A DNA stretch of 63,996 bases, filler included, from Polymyxa betae A26-41 (GCA_003693705.1; 5 parts of 5 records of this genome joined end to end with filler, not necessarily neighbours in it), one strand, 5' to 3'. Shown: positions 38,109 through 50,012, counted from the first letter of the whole stretch. Numbers and translations: made by a program. The notes: a model not told the origin generated them from the sequence alone.

Positions 38109-39406
38109 ATGACATCACTATTGTATCACCTAGTCGCGCTGGCCCTCGTCGCAGCCACCAGCCGCAGTGGCCCTCTGGATGCGCAAAACGTCGCGCGCCG
38201 GGAAATCCTGGGCCATGTCGGGGACTGGGCCGTTCCGGATTCCGTGGAGCCGCCCAACCCGCCGCCGCACGTCACGATCCTCGCTCATCTGCTGCTGGAG
38301 TCGACCGAGGCGGACTCCGTCCCGCTCCCCGAACGCATCGTCCAGCTGGCGCAGGCCGTGAAGCGCGACCCTCGCGAGGCCCGCCGCCTGTTTCAAGGAG
38401 TCCCCGAGGAGGCCGCGCAGGGCCTGTACACCCGCCTCATGACGCACCCGAATCTCACCGCGCAGCAGAAGCTGGCCGCGCTCAACGTACTGGTCCAGGA
38501 CGTGAGCGCGGCCACGTTTGCGCCCTGCGTCCCCATGAACGGGTTCGCCGTGGCGGACTCCGTCGACGAGTTCTGCAGCGTCCCGATCCAGTTCGTGGCC
38601 GGACTTCCGGAGTTGCCGGTGCTGGGCGAGCTCAAAGTGCCGTCGGAGATCACGGAGTTTGTGCGGGATCTGGTGCGAGAGGGGCGTCTGGATCGAGTGA
38701 ACTGGATCCGGAGTTCGTAGCGAAAGTGCGTGCGCGATTTCCGGCCCCGTGGGACGGAGTATTTCCAAACAACGAACATGTGGCCGAGGTCATTCTGCAA
38801 ACGTTTCCGGAGCTGCTGGCGGACCCCGATGTAGTCCGTGGTCTGTATCATTGCGGAATTCGATTTAGCGCGGCCTCCTTCCCGTATAAAGTTGAGATGA
38901 AGGCCGCGCACGTCCCGCTCATTGTTCCGTTACTGGAAATTTCGGCCTTCGAAACGCCCGTGTTGTTGAACGCCTTTTTACGCCCGGGAAAGCGACAGAT
39001 TCCGCAGGCCGTGGAGCTTTTTCGCAGTCTGTGGTTTATTCATCAAATCCGGACGCGTCCACAGATTTTCGTTACCCGGCTCTGTAACTTCATCTGCGCC
39101 GATAATTTCGACTTTTTCCGTGATATCGTGCGCCTTCCGATCATGTCCGAGGTGATTAACGTCAAGTCCACGGAGCATTTTCGGGTTTCGGCCGATTTCG
39201 ACTGGGGTGACGAAACCCCCTTGTTGCGTATTGGTAAATCACTGTTCTATGTGGCTCTTGAAAACAACGAATTCCGGATTGCGCGACTTTTAACGACAGT
39301 TCGTAACAAATATTCCGGACTCGAGCCGGAGATGTTTGATCTAATTCTTGATTCATTCTATGAAGACCATCCGGAATTCGCCTCGTCTGGACTCTGGACT
39401 TTATAA
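38109..39406 (+). CDS. Secreted orphan protein (~430 aa) with an ankyrin-like C-terminal segment; one-base frameshift near 38700
   Basis: Signal peptide MTSLLYHLVALALVAA; GC3-rich codons; SLFYVALENNEFRIARLL. Confidence 0.7.
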
Positions 39407-39557
39407 AAAACTAAAAAACGTTACTGTAACACAATTCGTATCGATACTTCTGCAAGTCCGTTATTACGCAAACATCAGAGCTAGGGTTTAGGGTTTGCTT
39501 TTGACAACAATATAGTGTGAAATGGACAATGTTAATTACACGGGGTTTTTGTTACAA

Positions 39558-40760
39558 TTACGCTCGCAGACGCGAATCGAAGCGGAATCCGCTCCGGATT
39601 TTCCGCGGTCCGATCGCGGGCCACCAGCGCTTGGTCGGGCTCGCCATCACCGCCAATACAAGCGGGTTCAGGTCGTCTTGGTCCGCCATCAGCTGATAGA
39701 CGCGGGCGCGGCCCGGTCTCGCCGTCTCCCGCAGCAGCTTCCGCAGGCCCGGAACACGATCGAGGCCGCGCTGGATCTCCGCAAGTCCACGATTGACAGC
39801 GAACAAATAGGTGCCGAACAGGAACAGCCGCATCCGAGGCGAGTCCGGCCACTTAGCTGCCGCGGACAGCGCGTGGCGTGCCGCGGGCTGCTGTAAGACG
39901 ACGGCGATCAGGTCGTACTGGCCCCGGCGAATGACGCTCAGGAATAGTTGGCGCATTTGGTCGGCGTCATAGTTGAGATAGGGGGCGAGGAGCGCGGCCT
40001 CCTGTGACGTGATCGATTTGTAATGTAACAGGGACAGACGGAGTCCGCAGCGGTGTAGGCGCGAGACCAGCCCGGGGTCGGCGTCCAGATCGCTGCTGTG
40101 CGCGTCCCAGATCTGTTCCGTGACGTTACTGACGACGGCGACGGGTAACATTAGATCCGTGTCGGGGATGAGGCCGCGCATCCAGTTGTTCGGCTCGGCG
40201 TTCTTCACCAAAATCTGTCGAATATGATCCGGGATTTCACCGATCGGCTCGTAATGGGCCGCCACGACCTCCAGCAGAGGCCGGCACACGGACTGCAGGA
40301 ACCGATCCGTACCCGAGAGCAGTACGGCCAACTGGCCGGACAGCGTCACGGACTGACATTCGGTCAAGAACAGCGTGACGGCGTCCAGAACGATGTCGGG
40401 ATATGGAAGATAAGCGCGATAGAGACGCTGGGCTAGGTCGATTACGTTACCGGGCTGCGCCAGATCCTGACGTAACAGATGTAACAGATATGGGCGGTGG
40501 CGACACTCGTGAGTGATGGTCCGTAACGTGGCCGCGAACTGTTTCAAATCGGCGGAGATGTTGAACAGCTGATAGAGACGGAGCCGATCACGGACGATCT
40601 CGTAGCTGCTGTGGCAGGCCAGGCCGAAGGACACGACCGCGGCCGGGGCATCGCTCAGGTAGTCCGAGATACAGTCGAGGAGGACGTTGAGACTCAGGTC
40701 GGGGCAGTCCGGGGCAGCGAGCGCCGTCACGATCAAGACGATGGAAAGGACCACCTTCAT
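39558..40760 (-). CDS. Secreted orphan helical protein (400 aa), distant paralog of the 38109 gene
   Basis: Intact ORF with signal peptide MKVVLSIVLIVTALA; shares L.ADP..V..L..CG.R.S with its neighbour. Confidence 0.8.
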   Translation of the reverse strand: MKVVLSIVLIVTALAAPDCPDLSLNVLLDCISDYLSDAPAAVVSFGLACHSSYEIVRDRLRLYQLFNISADLKQFAATLRTITHECRHRPYLLHLLRQDLAQPGNVIDLAQRLYRAYLPYPDIVLDAVTLFLTECQSVTLSGQLAVLLSGTDRFLQSVCRPLLEVVAAHYEPIGEIPDHIRQILVKNAEPNNWMRGLIPDTDLMLPVAVVSNVTEQIWDAHSSDLDADPGLVSRLHRCGLRLSLLHYKSITSQEAALLAPYLNYDADQMRQLFLSVIRRGQYDLIAVVLQQPAARHALSAAAKWPDSPRMRLFLFGTYLFAVNRGLAEIQRGLDRVPGLRKLLRETARPGRARVYQLMADQDDLNPLVLAVMASPTKRWWPAIGPRKIRSGFRFDSRLRA

Positions 40761-41850
40761 CAGAGCCAGTGGCCAAAATGTATCTGGAGAACTGCGCGAG
40801 TCACGCTGCGCACTTTTGAAACCCTAAACCCTAGTCTCTGCCAGTAGTGGGTCTTTGTCTGCCACCACATCTTGCCTTTTACAATCTATCATGTCGCAAT
40901 CTCCAGCTGATGTCGTCACCCATACTTTACAATGACCGATTTTATCATAATATCGAAGCAATTGAGGCATTTGAAAAAATGTCGCTGATAGCGATGTCTT
41001 TCCCAACTGCTAATCAATCTAGATCTAACCTCACTGAGCTGTGATTCTTTTCTGTCGGCGGCCGCATCTCTTTGCGAATAAATCGGCGAGTAATGTTTAT
41101 AGATACAGCTCCAAAGCAAGCCATTGTTCTCAAATCGGTTAACACGGCTCTCTCGTTTCGACCATTTATCTTGGATCGCCGGTTAATTCTCGTTGGATGC
41201 GGTTCCGCTTCGGAAGGCGGCATTCGAACCGGAAGAAAAGCAACAGCTGCTCTTACAGTATCGCTCTCTGATTTTTGAACGAGAAAACGGGGTTTATCAA
41301 GCAAAAATCGCATCTCATCTTCAGTTTCTGATATATATTGAAGGCCTCTTATCTGACGGCTGCTTAACCGCTGTATTGGCTTTGGCATTTCGATCATGGT
41401 GCGATTTGTGCTAATTGTAGAAGGCAGATAATTACGGCCAGGCCATTCCCATCCAATTGGAGTCCCAATATGACACACTACCGCGTATCATGAACAGTAT
41501 CGTATGGAGCTTCATGATGAATTGCTGCATATGGGTTTGTTGGAGAAGGCGAACATGGTAAATCATCCAGGATGGTTGGAATATTGAGAGCAGAAATGAG
41601 GGATCTTTGAGTGTCTCAATTCTGGCTTTCCGGTAATTTCGCTCAGTATACCGAAAGAGAGCTCGTCGTATATTGCCAGCAGGTGAAGAGACTATACCAC
41701 CCCATACGCCTAGAATGGCATGGAATGAAATCGTCTAGTTAGAGGGCGGCGCTGTCACCTTCAGCACCAGGCAATTGGTGGCGCTCAGGCTAAATCCCGG
41801 TAAATCCCGAACTATCATGAAAGCTCCCGCACCCTCATACAACTATATAC

Positions 41851-41973
41851 GACAAAGGCAGGCCGCGCCGCCTTTCCGTCTGGTTTTTAGAGAGAAAACC
41901 ATCCGTAACGAATGACAAAGGCAGGCCGCGCCGCCTTTCCGTCTGGTTCGTATAGAGAAAACCATCCGTAACG
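41851..41973. repeat. 63-bp tandem duplication with internal hairpins
   Basis: GACAAAGGCAGGCCGCGCCGCCTTTCCGTCTGGTT...GAGAAAACCATCCGTAACG occurs twice. Confidence 0.9.
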
Positions 41974-42124
41974 TCTATCACTAGGTACCAGGGTCTATGG
42001 TGTGAAATTCTTGTCTTACCTCGTTTCAATGTGGCTTCTGCAATCAAATATTGAGTCTGCTTAGAAAGAGGCAGTTTCGTTACACTGCGGTCAATACCGC
42101 GTGACTTTTATATTCCGAATCGCG

Positions 42125-43074
42125 TTACATCTGGTTAGCGGGGAGATTGCTGAGCGTTGGCACGGTTGCTGGCGCCGTGGCCACATTGCTCGTCGTGCCA
42201 AAATTGGTCGTCGTGGCAACATTCGACGTCGTCTCTTTGCTGTTCGGCTTTCCGGCGGCGGTCGTAGAGGGCGCCAGCTGTCTCTTCGACGACCGATCAA
42301 TGCCATACTGGCATGACTTCAAGCCGCGGATTAGGATGGTGGGCCACGCCATAGCGCACGCGTTATACGCCTGATCGAAGGCGAATATCGCCGTCAGGAG
42401 CGCCGGGTCGTTCACGGGGATCACCCTGAACGCCAGTAACGTGTCAATGACGAACACGAGTAACCTTAACAGGCAGATGACGCAAGTGATGCGCAGCAAG
42501 CGCATTGTGGCCCGCGAATGATGCTCGGAGCGGGTCGCTCTCGTCGCCTCGATAATGTTACGAACGAAACGGACGTTGATGACCAGCTCAGTAACGGAAA
42601 CAGTAACGAAAAGAAGAACGCATAGTTCGGGTTCAAGCTCGCGATACAAATATCGATCACTGGAATAATCATAACATCAATGTTCATGTTAAATCCGACG
42701 ACGGAGAGTACAACGAGGACGACGAGCGCGGCCATCAGCAGTCGGCTTAGAACTCGCTCGCCGCGGCTCGGTGCGAAGACGACCTGATTGGATCGCGCCA
42801 GAAAATAGTAACGGGACACGCCATTGGTAACGTGATAGAAGGAGCCGCTCCAGTGATGGAGGAAGTAGCACTGGGCCGGGCTGCGCCCTTGAACGAAATA
42901 CTGCGGCAGTAACGAATTCATTGTCAATGCGATATTGACGGCCGTCACGATGTTCAGCGCGTTCCATTCCCTGGCCTTCGGATTCCAGTTCGCCCAGCAG
43001 ATGGCGACGAACGCCACGAAGGTCAGCACGACGACGATGAGGACGGCGGTCACCAACTCCAACGCCTGGTCCAT
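42125..43074 (-). CDS. Seven-transmembrane GPCR-like protein; one T missing near 42610
   Basis: About seven hydrophobic segments, Cys before TM3 and in ECL2, Arg at the end of TM3, and a Ser/Thr-rich tail; two overlapping ORFs join at a T-run. Confidence 0.7.
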
Positions 43075-44053
43075 GGCTGTGACGATATTTTGAAAAAATA
43101 GGCCCGCGTGGATGAATGACCGCGGTCGAGCGGTACCCGTAACATGGCAGATTTTGGGATCTTGGTCACAATATGAAAGAGAGACCACAGAATGTGGAAG
43201 GGCACGCGACCAAATTTCTATTGTTCCAGATTCCAAGTTACGTTCAATTTTCTCTTCTTTTGCAGTTGCTCTTACCTGTTATGTATGGATACGGCAGATC
43301 ATGAAGAATTCCCCAAAACATTAGGTTTCTTTTTTACAGCAGCATAAAATGCAAAAAAAAATTGGAAAATTTTGAGATTCTGAGAGCAGCACCGTCTACG
43401 GTAACAGCCGAAAATAGCTTAACCCAGTTTGGCAGAAATGGAGAAGAAATGCTCACACAGCGCCAGATTCAAGATGGTTTCCTCTCCCCTGTGCGCATGC
43501 TGCGCCCATACAAATCTAACCCCAAACCCTACCCCTATCTGACCCTAACTATGGTGTACCTCCAGGTGCCGCCACCTAAAAATGGAACTCAAATTCAGGA
43601 CCCTAGAAAGATATTGAATGCCTGAAAGGTTGGCCGTGTAGCACACATGCCTTGAAAATCCCACGTTGCTATTCGTACAGAGATCCCATTAGGCATCCAG
43701 ACGTTGGCGGGATCTCGGCCCGTGCGGTATCATATGCGAATGTCTCTCACAACTTGTAAAGTGCATGTTTTGTCTCTCGACAGAAGTCTGAAGTCTGTCT
43801 ATAATAGAGAGCGCACTTTATCCGTTCACTTTTTCAAAAAGCATTTTTTGTTATCATGAATGGAAAAATCATCTGTGCGCTCTGAGATACTATAGAGTGT
43901 AGAATCAGCCAGAAATCGCTCTTCTGTGTAAGACATGATGAATGTCGTAAATATCAGGCATGAATCGGAAATTTGTGATAAAAGATGCTCATAGTGCATT
44001 TGGTTATAAACAGAAAGGATTTAATGGGAAGCTCGCTCAATCTATAGCCTATC

Positions 44054-44200
44054 ATTGCCTCTCAATCAAACCTGGACGATGCTGCTGACCTGCTTGGGCC
44101 CGAGGGCGCCTATAAGGCTGGAGTGCTGTTTTATGAACACAGCAATGCTGAGACGGGGTCCCCCAGAATCCCGTCGGTGAATATTCAAATGTTTCGATGA
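44054..44200 (+). pseudogene. Decayed inverted paralog of the gene at 47601-48201
   Basis: NLDDAADLLG...LFYE...GSPQNPVGEYS versus DLDDAADPFG...LYYE...GSPQDPVGEYS; ATG changed to ATT; upstream sequence is also homologous. Confidence 0.7.
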
Positions 44201-44710
44201 TAATCACGAGGTTCTGTCAACATCCAAATCGGTAACCAGAAGGCCGACTGCAATCATTGTCTTTGCAATGAAGGAAATTTTTTAATGCTTTGTTGAGCTG
44301 ATTAAGCGTGGACAGTAAATGCTTTGTTTTGGTGCAGTTTAAGGTTAAATTACATTACTAAGAAATGACATTGCCAATACTTTTCGAAATTTCTTAAAAG
44401 CTGTCTAATTTTGTCTTTGTCGTAATTCATTCGACCACCAGGTAGGATTCAAAGCCTGAAAGAGCGACATCTTCCATCGAGCTAATGTTAGATCGAGATT
44501 GAACACGTCGATTAATGCAGTCGGATGCTTAATGACTTGAAATTACTCCAGCTGCATGAGTCACGCTTCCGACGGAAGCTGCATGCAGGAATGGCGCAAT
44601 ATTGATGGGCTGCACCTACCTCACTCGTCTCATTCCTATTTCTGTCTTATATTATCCAAATCTATTTTTTTCCAGTCCAACTAGCGGTAAGTATAATCCC
44701 GATAACCAAA

Positions 44711-45208
44711 ATGTTCAAAAAGATCTTGCTGGTTTCCGCTGTTGGTCTGGCTGCTCTAAGCTCTGCTTCTGCTGTGCCTGCCACCAATCCAGCGAATCCA
44801 GAGCCAACCCCGATCGACCCTTCTTTAGCTGGCAACAACATCATTGATCCAAAACTCGGCAGTACCAAGATTGAATCGTCTGAATCCAAGACGGAATCCG
44901 GCGTTGAGTCCGAGACGAAGGAGGAACAGGTTGATGGCAAGACTGAAACGACTGAAGCCAAGACAGAATCCGAAGTTGAGTCCGAAACCAAGAAGGAATC
45001 GGATGATGCCAAGAATGAAACGACTGAAGCCGAGAAGGTATCCGACGTTGAGTCCGAGACCAAGAAGGGCCCGCTGGGTATCTGGGGGATCTCCGCTATT
45101 GCTGGGAGTGCTGCCGCCGTGTTGGCATTGGTCACGTTTGTACTTGTCCGCAAATCGAAGGCGAAACCCAAAGTTATTCGCCGTCAATTGAGACCAAGTC
45201 CCGTCTAA
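44711..45208 (+). CDS. Type I membrane surface protein with acidic VESETK repeats (165 aa)
   Basis: Signal peptide, three VESETK-anchored repeats of ~24 aa, a TM helix, and a basic tail. Confidence 0.8.
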   Translation: MFKKILLVSAVGLAALSSASAVPATNPANPEPTPIDPSLAGNNIIDPKLGSTKIESSESKTESGVESETKEEQVDGKTETTEAKTESEVESETKKESDDAKNETTEAEKVSDVESETKKGPLGIWGISAIAGSAAAVLALVTFVLVRKSKAKPKVIRRQLRPSPV

Positions 45209-46280
45209 TCGTGATCACATAATACAATTAAGAACTCTTAGCACTCTTAGATAAACTTGAAGCGATGTAAAAAAAATGAATTTTATTAGCAAAATACACA
45301 GTAATGACATCCTGGGAGGATTGATGGCAACATGTTAATTAATATGATGCCTAAATTTATGGCCATCAAGATCAGGTTTGTTTATTTAGTAGTTCGATGG
45401 CTCGAAAACCTTTGATATAACCTGATGATCGCAAAGCCCCCGATGGAAGGCTTATAATAATCACTTTATAACACCTCCTGCTTACTCCTTCAGTGTTATT
45501 TCTGCCAAAACAAATGCAAGAAGTTGAAGTGTGATGCAAAACAAGGCTCTCAAATATCCTGATAGCGTCATCTCAGAGAAGCCAGATGGCACGGCAGAGC
45601 ACAAACGCAGCCACAGGGTGAGTCTCATCCGCCGGTGATAGCCTGACAGGGGAAGACAGCGACAACCCAACCAACCAGCCGTTATCGAGCGCATCGACAT
45701 GTCACGTCGATGTCAATGAAGCAATGAGAGACAACACAGACTTGATGTCAAGCGCAGCCACATTAAATGGGCTTCAACGGGTCAACAGATCAAGCGACGG
45801 GTCGGCGAAATCACTTCGGCAAGCTCAGAAACATCAGGTTATGCGCAGGCCACACCAATGTCATCGTCGTAACAGGTACAAGTGTGGCAAGCGCAGCCTG
45901 ATCACAGTCAACGAATGAAGTGTCAAGCGCAGCCCTCAAGAAGTAATAGGCGCAGCCTCGCCAGCGTGATCGCAGATCGACTGATCGACGCTGGGGCGCA
46001 GCCTGATGAATTGTTAGGGCCGGCCTCGTCAGCGTGACTGACGCAGCCCGTTCCCAACTGAAATACCTACTGAACAAACGTGATCGACGTAGCCTGCTTT
46101 TGTCAGAGGGGCTGGGCGACTGCCAGAGCCAGTCCGAGGTTGCGACCTCCCTAACCTGACCACGATCCCGACCCGAATGACATTTGTGACGAGTTGACGG
46201 CGACGTCATCGTGCACGGGCAATTCTTCCGAGCATCGGGCGTCCCTCCTGGATGAAGGATTTCAGATCTCAATCGTGACA

Positions 46281-46789
46281 ATGTCTGATGGTGGTTATGA
46301 GAGCGAAAACAACAGCGATCCCGGCATCTGGGAGTCCAACTCCGAGCGCCGCGTCGGCTTCTTATCGATCCTAAACGACCGCGAAACCGAACTCGTCGAG
46401 TTGATCCTGAGCTCAGTCCCCCCCGAAATCGGCGATAGTTTCATAGACTGGCTAGAGCGTCTCCCCTATGATCGAGCCCTCGAACTTAGCGAACAGATGG
46501 ACCCTAATGAATGGTTGGCATATATTGATAGACTTCCGGAATCGCAGCAGCAACCTGTAAGCAGGATACACGTTTTCAAGCATTGTTGCATTTCAAGCAT
46601 TACAGACTTCTTGTATCTTTCTCTCGGCTTATTCGTTTTCTACAGTTGCGTGAGGTTATCGAAGCGAATCGGGATGTGTTGGAATTGTTTAGCGAGCTGC
46701 TTCGACTACGAGCCGAAGGCGTCCGACAAGAACTGGCCGGCATGCTCCAGCAGAGATTACGGGAGCTTGAAGAGGAAGAAGAACAATGA
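46281..46789 (+). CDS. Acidic/coiled-coil hypothetical protein, join(46281-46556,46646-46789)
   Basis: A GTAAGC...TACAG phase-0 intron links two open frames in frame. Confidence 0.7.
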
Positions 46790-47203
46790 CGACGACCCTT
46801 TGATGCTGTGAAGGATTCTGCCCTCAACATAACAAGACTTTCACCAGATCAGGCGCCTGACACAAGTTTTTTCCGCCACCAATTTTCTGCTGCAGTTTTT
46901 GTATAAATCGAAGTATATGCTGCCAATAATTCTGTGGGTTTCCATAGATGTTCGGTATCATTGCCAACCGGAGAAATTATTGCTCATGTTCATGGACCAT
47001 TCTACAATCGAGAGATAATGTTGAAAAAGGAAACGAAAAACGATTGCCAGACCCTGCTACTGAAGCTCCGCCGCTGAACGAAAATGGAATTCGTGGAAGG
47101 CAAAGCGATCAAAGTCACAGCAGTGAAGTTTTACGGAGCTTTGTATTGAAATAAGGGAGGATATTTGGCGGTGTTATCTTGACAGGTGCCGAATCCAATC
47201 CCT

Positions 47204-47419
47204 CTATTCAAAGTCGATATGGTCTTGCTCCCTATTGTGAAACAGAACCGATTTCTGCATGGAGAACGGCCCAGCAATATCGCTGTAGATGGCTGCACAG
47301 ACATCGCGATGCATATCGCGCTGGAAGGGATTGGTGATGACGGCGGACATCGTGACGTTATGCTTCAGGGCGCAGACAGTGGCGACCGTTAGCAGTAATG
47401 TTACAGCGTATCGTAGCAT
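47204..47419 (-). CDS. Small secreted protein, or first part of a longer spliced or frameshifted gene
   Basis: Signal peptide MLRYAVTLLLTVATVCA; telobox doublet ~130 bp upstream. Confidence 0.45.
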   Translation of the reverse strand: MLRYAVTLLLTVATVCALKHNVTMSAVITNPFQRDMHRDVCAAIYSDIAGPFSMQKSVLFHNREQDHIDFE

Positions 47420-47600
47420 GATTCTTCAAGCAGCTTGTTGGTTTGGAATGCGATGACAATTCAGGAAATGGGAAACGATCCGGCGATTCCCGGACATGGT
47501 GACGTCAAGCTCCGGTTCGGATAGAACATCCGAGATCGATCGGAAAACAAAACCCTAAACCCTAACCTTGTGGATTTCTCTACCAGCGACAAACTGCAAC

Positions 47601-48201
47601 CTAATCGGCTGATTCGAGCAATGGTGATGCTTGCTGCGGTTTATTGAAATGCCCATGATTGTAGACGTCCCCCAGGCTGTCGATCTGGATGTCGACAAAA
47701 TCTCCTGGTTTGGATGTAAAACAGGAGATGATAGAGAGTAGTGACCATGGTCGAGAACTTGATCGAATCGCTGATAAAATCGACCCAGGAGGCAATCAGG
47801 TCGACATCGTCGATCTGATCGCCTTCTTCCAGGAGATAGATGATCGTTTCCAGTAGGGGCAGGGCGGCGGCGAAGCGCGACATCTCCAGCTGATCTTGCA
47901 AGTCGTTGATGGCGGCCATCAGCGCAAACACCGCCGACGCTCCAGTTTCGTTGAGTGCCTCGTACGCCGTCTCGAACATCTCGGACCAGTCCTCCCTCTC
48001 GGCATCGTCTTCGTCGAGATCCGAATATTCCCCGACGGGGTCCTGGGGTGACCCCATCACATCATAGATGTCTTCGTAATAGAGCTCTCCTGTTTCATAG
48101 AGGTCGTCGAGCCCGAACGGGTCGGCGGCATCGTCCAGGTCGCCGTCTGAGGAGAAATCGCCGAACACTATACGGAATGAAGACGGGACCGGGGCGGCCA
48201 T
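47601..48201 (-). CDS. Highly acidic hypothetical protein (~190-200 aa; C-terminal frame uncertain)
   Basis: GC3-rich ORF 47641-48201 with a TATAA-like motif upstream; alternative C-terminus in frame 47601-47795. Confidence 0.65.
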
Positions 48202-48469
48202 GATAGGCTAGAGATCAAGGGGGCTTTCGATCGGATCCTTTCGCCTTATACCCACATAGCACTATGGACAGCTCTCAGCGGGATGAGAGAGCGTCGACAA
48301 TCCCCCGACTCATGCCTGATATTTGCAGCATTCATCATGTCACACATAGACCAGCAATGTAACAAAATCGCATTGATACTGCGCCCAGTGTCCAAGATTT
48401 ATTTGCGCCCAGTGGCCAAGAATTATTTGCGCCAATGTCCAGAAGGTGCGTGACTGGTAGGAAGAATGG

Positions 48470-49451
48470 AATTTGGCCTAAAATTGGCCAAAGGCCTAAA
48501 AATGGCGTTATCTCCGTTTCGCACTTTTCATGTGTGCAGCGGTAATTGGTCCAAATGGCCTAAACTTGGCCTAATACCAGTTCGGCGTTTGCAGTGTGGC
48601 TGAGAGACTGAGACTTTTTTGTTACCGTGGATCTTCTATTGACGTCAGCTTCATATTTATCTATGAACAGCAGTGTATTGCTTCCATTAGTTCGCTGATA
48701 ATTCTGAATCCTCCACGTTTTGGCCTTCATAAAAATTTTCCAATCAGGACAGTGTCGGAATATTGTTCAGACATTTCCCAGTGTGGCACACCGCATTTCC
48801 TGCACTTTTGTTGCGGTTTACCGATTTCCGACAAATGAGCGCTCTTGCTGTTTGGATTAGCGCTTACGTTTTTTGCTAACAGCGCTTCGCTTCTACGAAC
48901 AAATTCACTACAGTTAACTGACCAAGTAGTTTACTGTACTTAGTCATCTAATTTCGAAAAAAGTTATATGGCGATTGCAATATCAGATTGGAGCACGCGT
49001 CAATTTGTTTTTAGATATTTTATAATAGTCAAAACTCTAACGTTTGACAAATTCGCCTTCAAATGCGTTTTTTATAGGCTTTGCGCTGCCAAGTATTTTC
49101 TCACTATTATTACGGAAGCAGAAATACAAAAAAGCAAGCAAACAGCGCCCATAGTAATTGTTTGAGCCGGAAGGCTTGAGAATATAAACTGTTGCAGCGT
49201 ACTCCCAGGTGGAACAGCGATGATTTCCGCCTGTCAACTCCAAAATAACTGCAGATAGTTTGGAATTGACCCAGGCCATGAGTGAATGATATCTGGCTTT
49301 GTCAAGCAGTGGAGTTTAGGGGTTTAATATACTCTGAACCCCAGACCAACTTTTGGCCTTGTTGCCCGATAGTCGATAAGGCCAAACAAGAAATTGCGCA
49401 CCACTGAGATTAAGGCCATTTTTAGGACTTTGCCAATTTTTAGCCAAATTA
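48470..49451. mobile_element. Non-autonomous DNA element with ~55-bp imperfect TIRs
   Basis: AATTTGGCCTAAAATTGGCCAAAGGCCTAAAAATGGCGTTATCTC versus the reverse complement of 49396-49451; 24-bp tandem repeats just outside at 48380-48443. Confidence 0.6.
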
Positions 49452-49552
49452 GTGAAATTACAAAGAGCCGACAGGTAGCGTGAAAATGTGCGCGTGAAAA
49501 TTGCGCTCTCTATGTTGTTGTTATTGGCGTCGTCTAGAGAGACCAAATCATC

Positions 49553-50012
49553 ATGAACGCGTTCGGTGTCCAATCGCAGCTGTCCGAGCTCGAGAATGCC
49601 CGCCTGATGGAAGATCTGCAAGAAATGCAGATCAAGGACGCCCAACGGATGTACAACGACACTGTCCAGCGCTGCTTCATGCGATGTGTCGACAACTTCC
49701 GCGGCCAGTATGACCTTTTCCTCTTTCTGTGTCCATTTTGCAATCTTTTTACTGTCTTTTGCTGTGTTTTTTTCGATCCATTGAGCTTCCTGTTGTTAAA
49801 AAGCTTTTTCAATTTTTTTCTTCCATTTTTCTTGCAGAAGCTCCATTTCTATTTTTTCATCAGTTTATCATACTAAATCGCACTTCAGGATTCTGGAGCC
49901 TGGCGAGTCCCGATGTTTGGATATTTGCTGCGAGAGATCTGTGAAGACCTTACAGCGAGTCGGGGCCCGGTTCGCCGAACAGAACATGCAACAATCAGGA
50001 CCATCTCAGTGA
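49553..50012 (+). CDS. TIM9: Mitochondrial small Tim chaperone Tim9, join(49553-49707,49889-50012)
   Basis: Spliced product ...MQIKDAQRMYNDTVQRCFMRCVDNFRGQILEPGESRCLDICCERSVKTLQRVGARFAEQ with twin CX3C motifs and Tim9-type flanks; GT-AG intron. Confidence 0.88.

Noticed and set aside
37979-38700. N-terminal half of the 475-aa ORF
   Set aside because: Arg/Pro/Gly-rich shadow frame; the real N-terminus is the signal-peptide frame at 38109.
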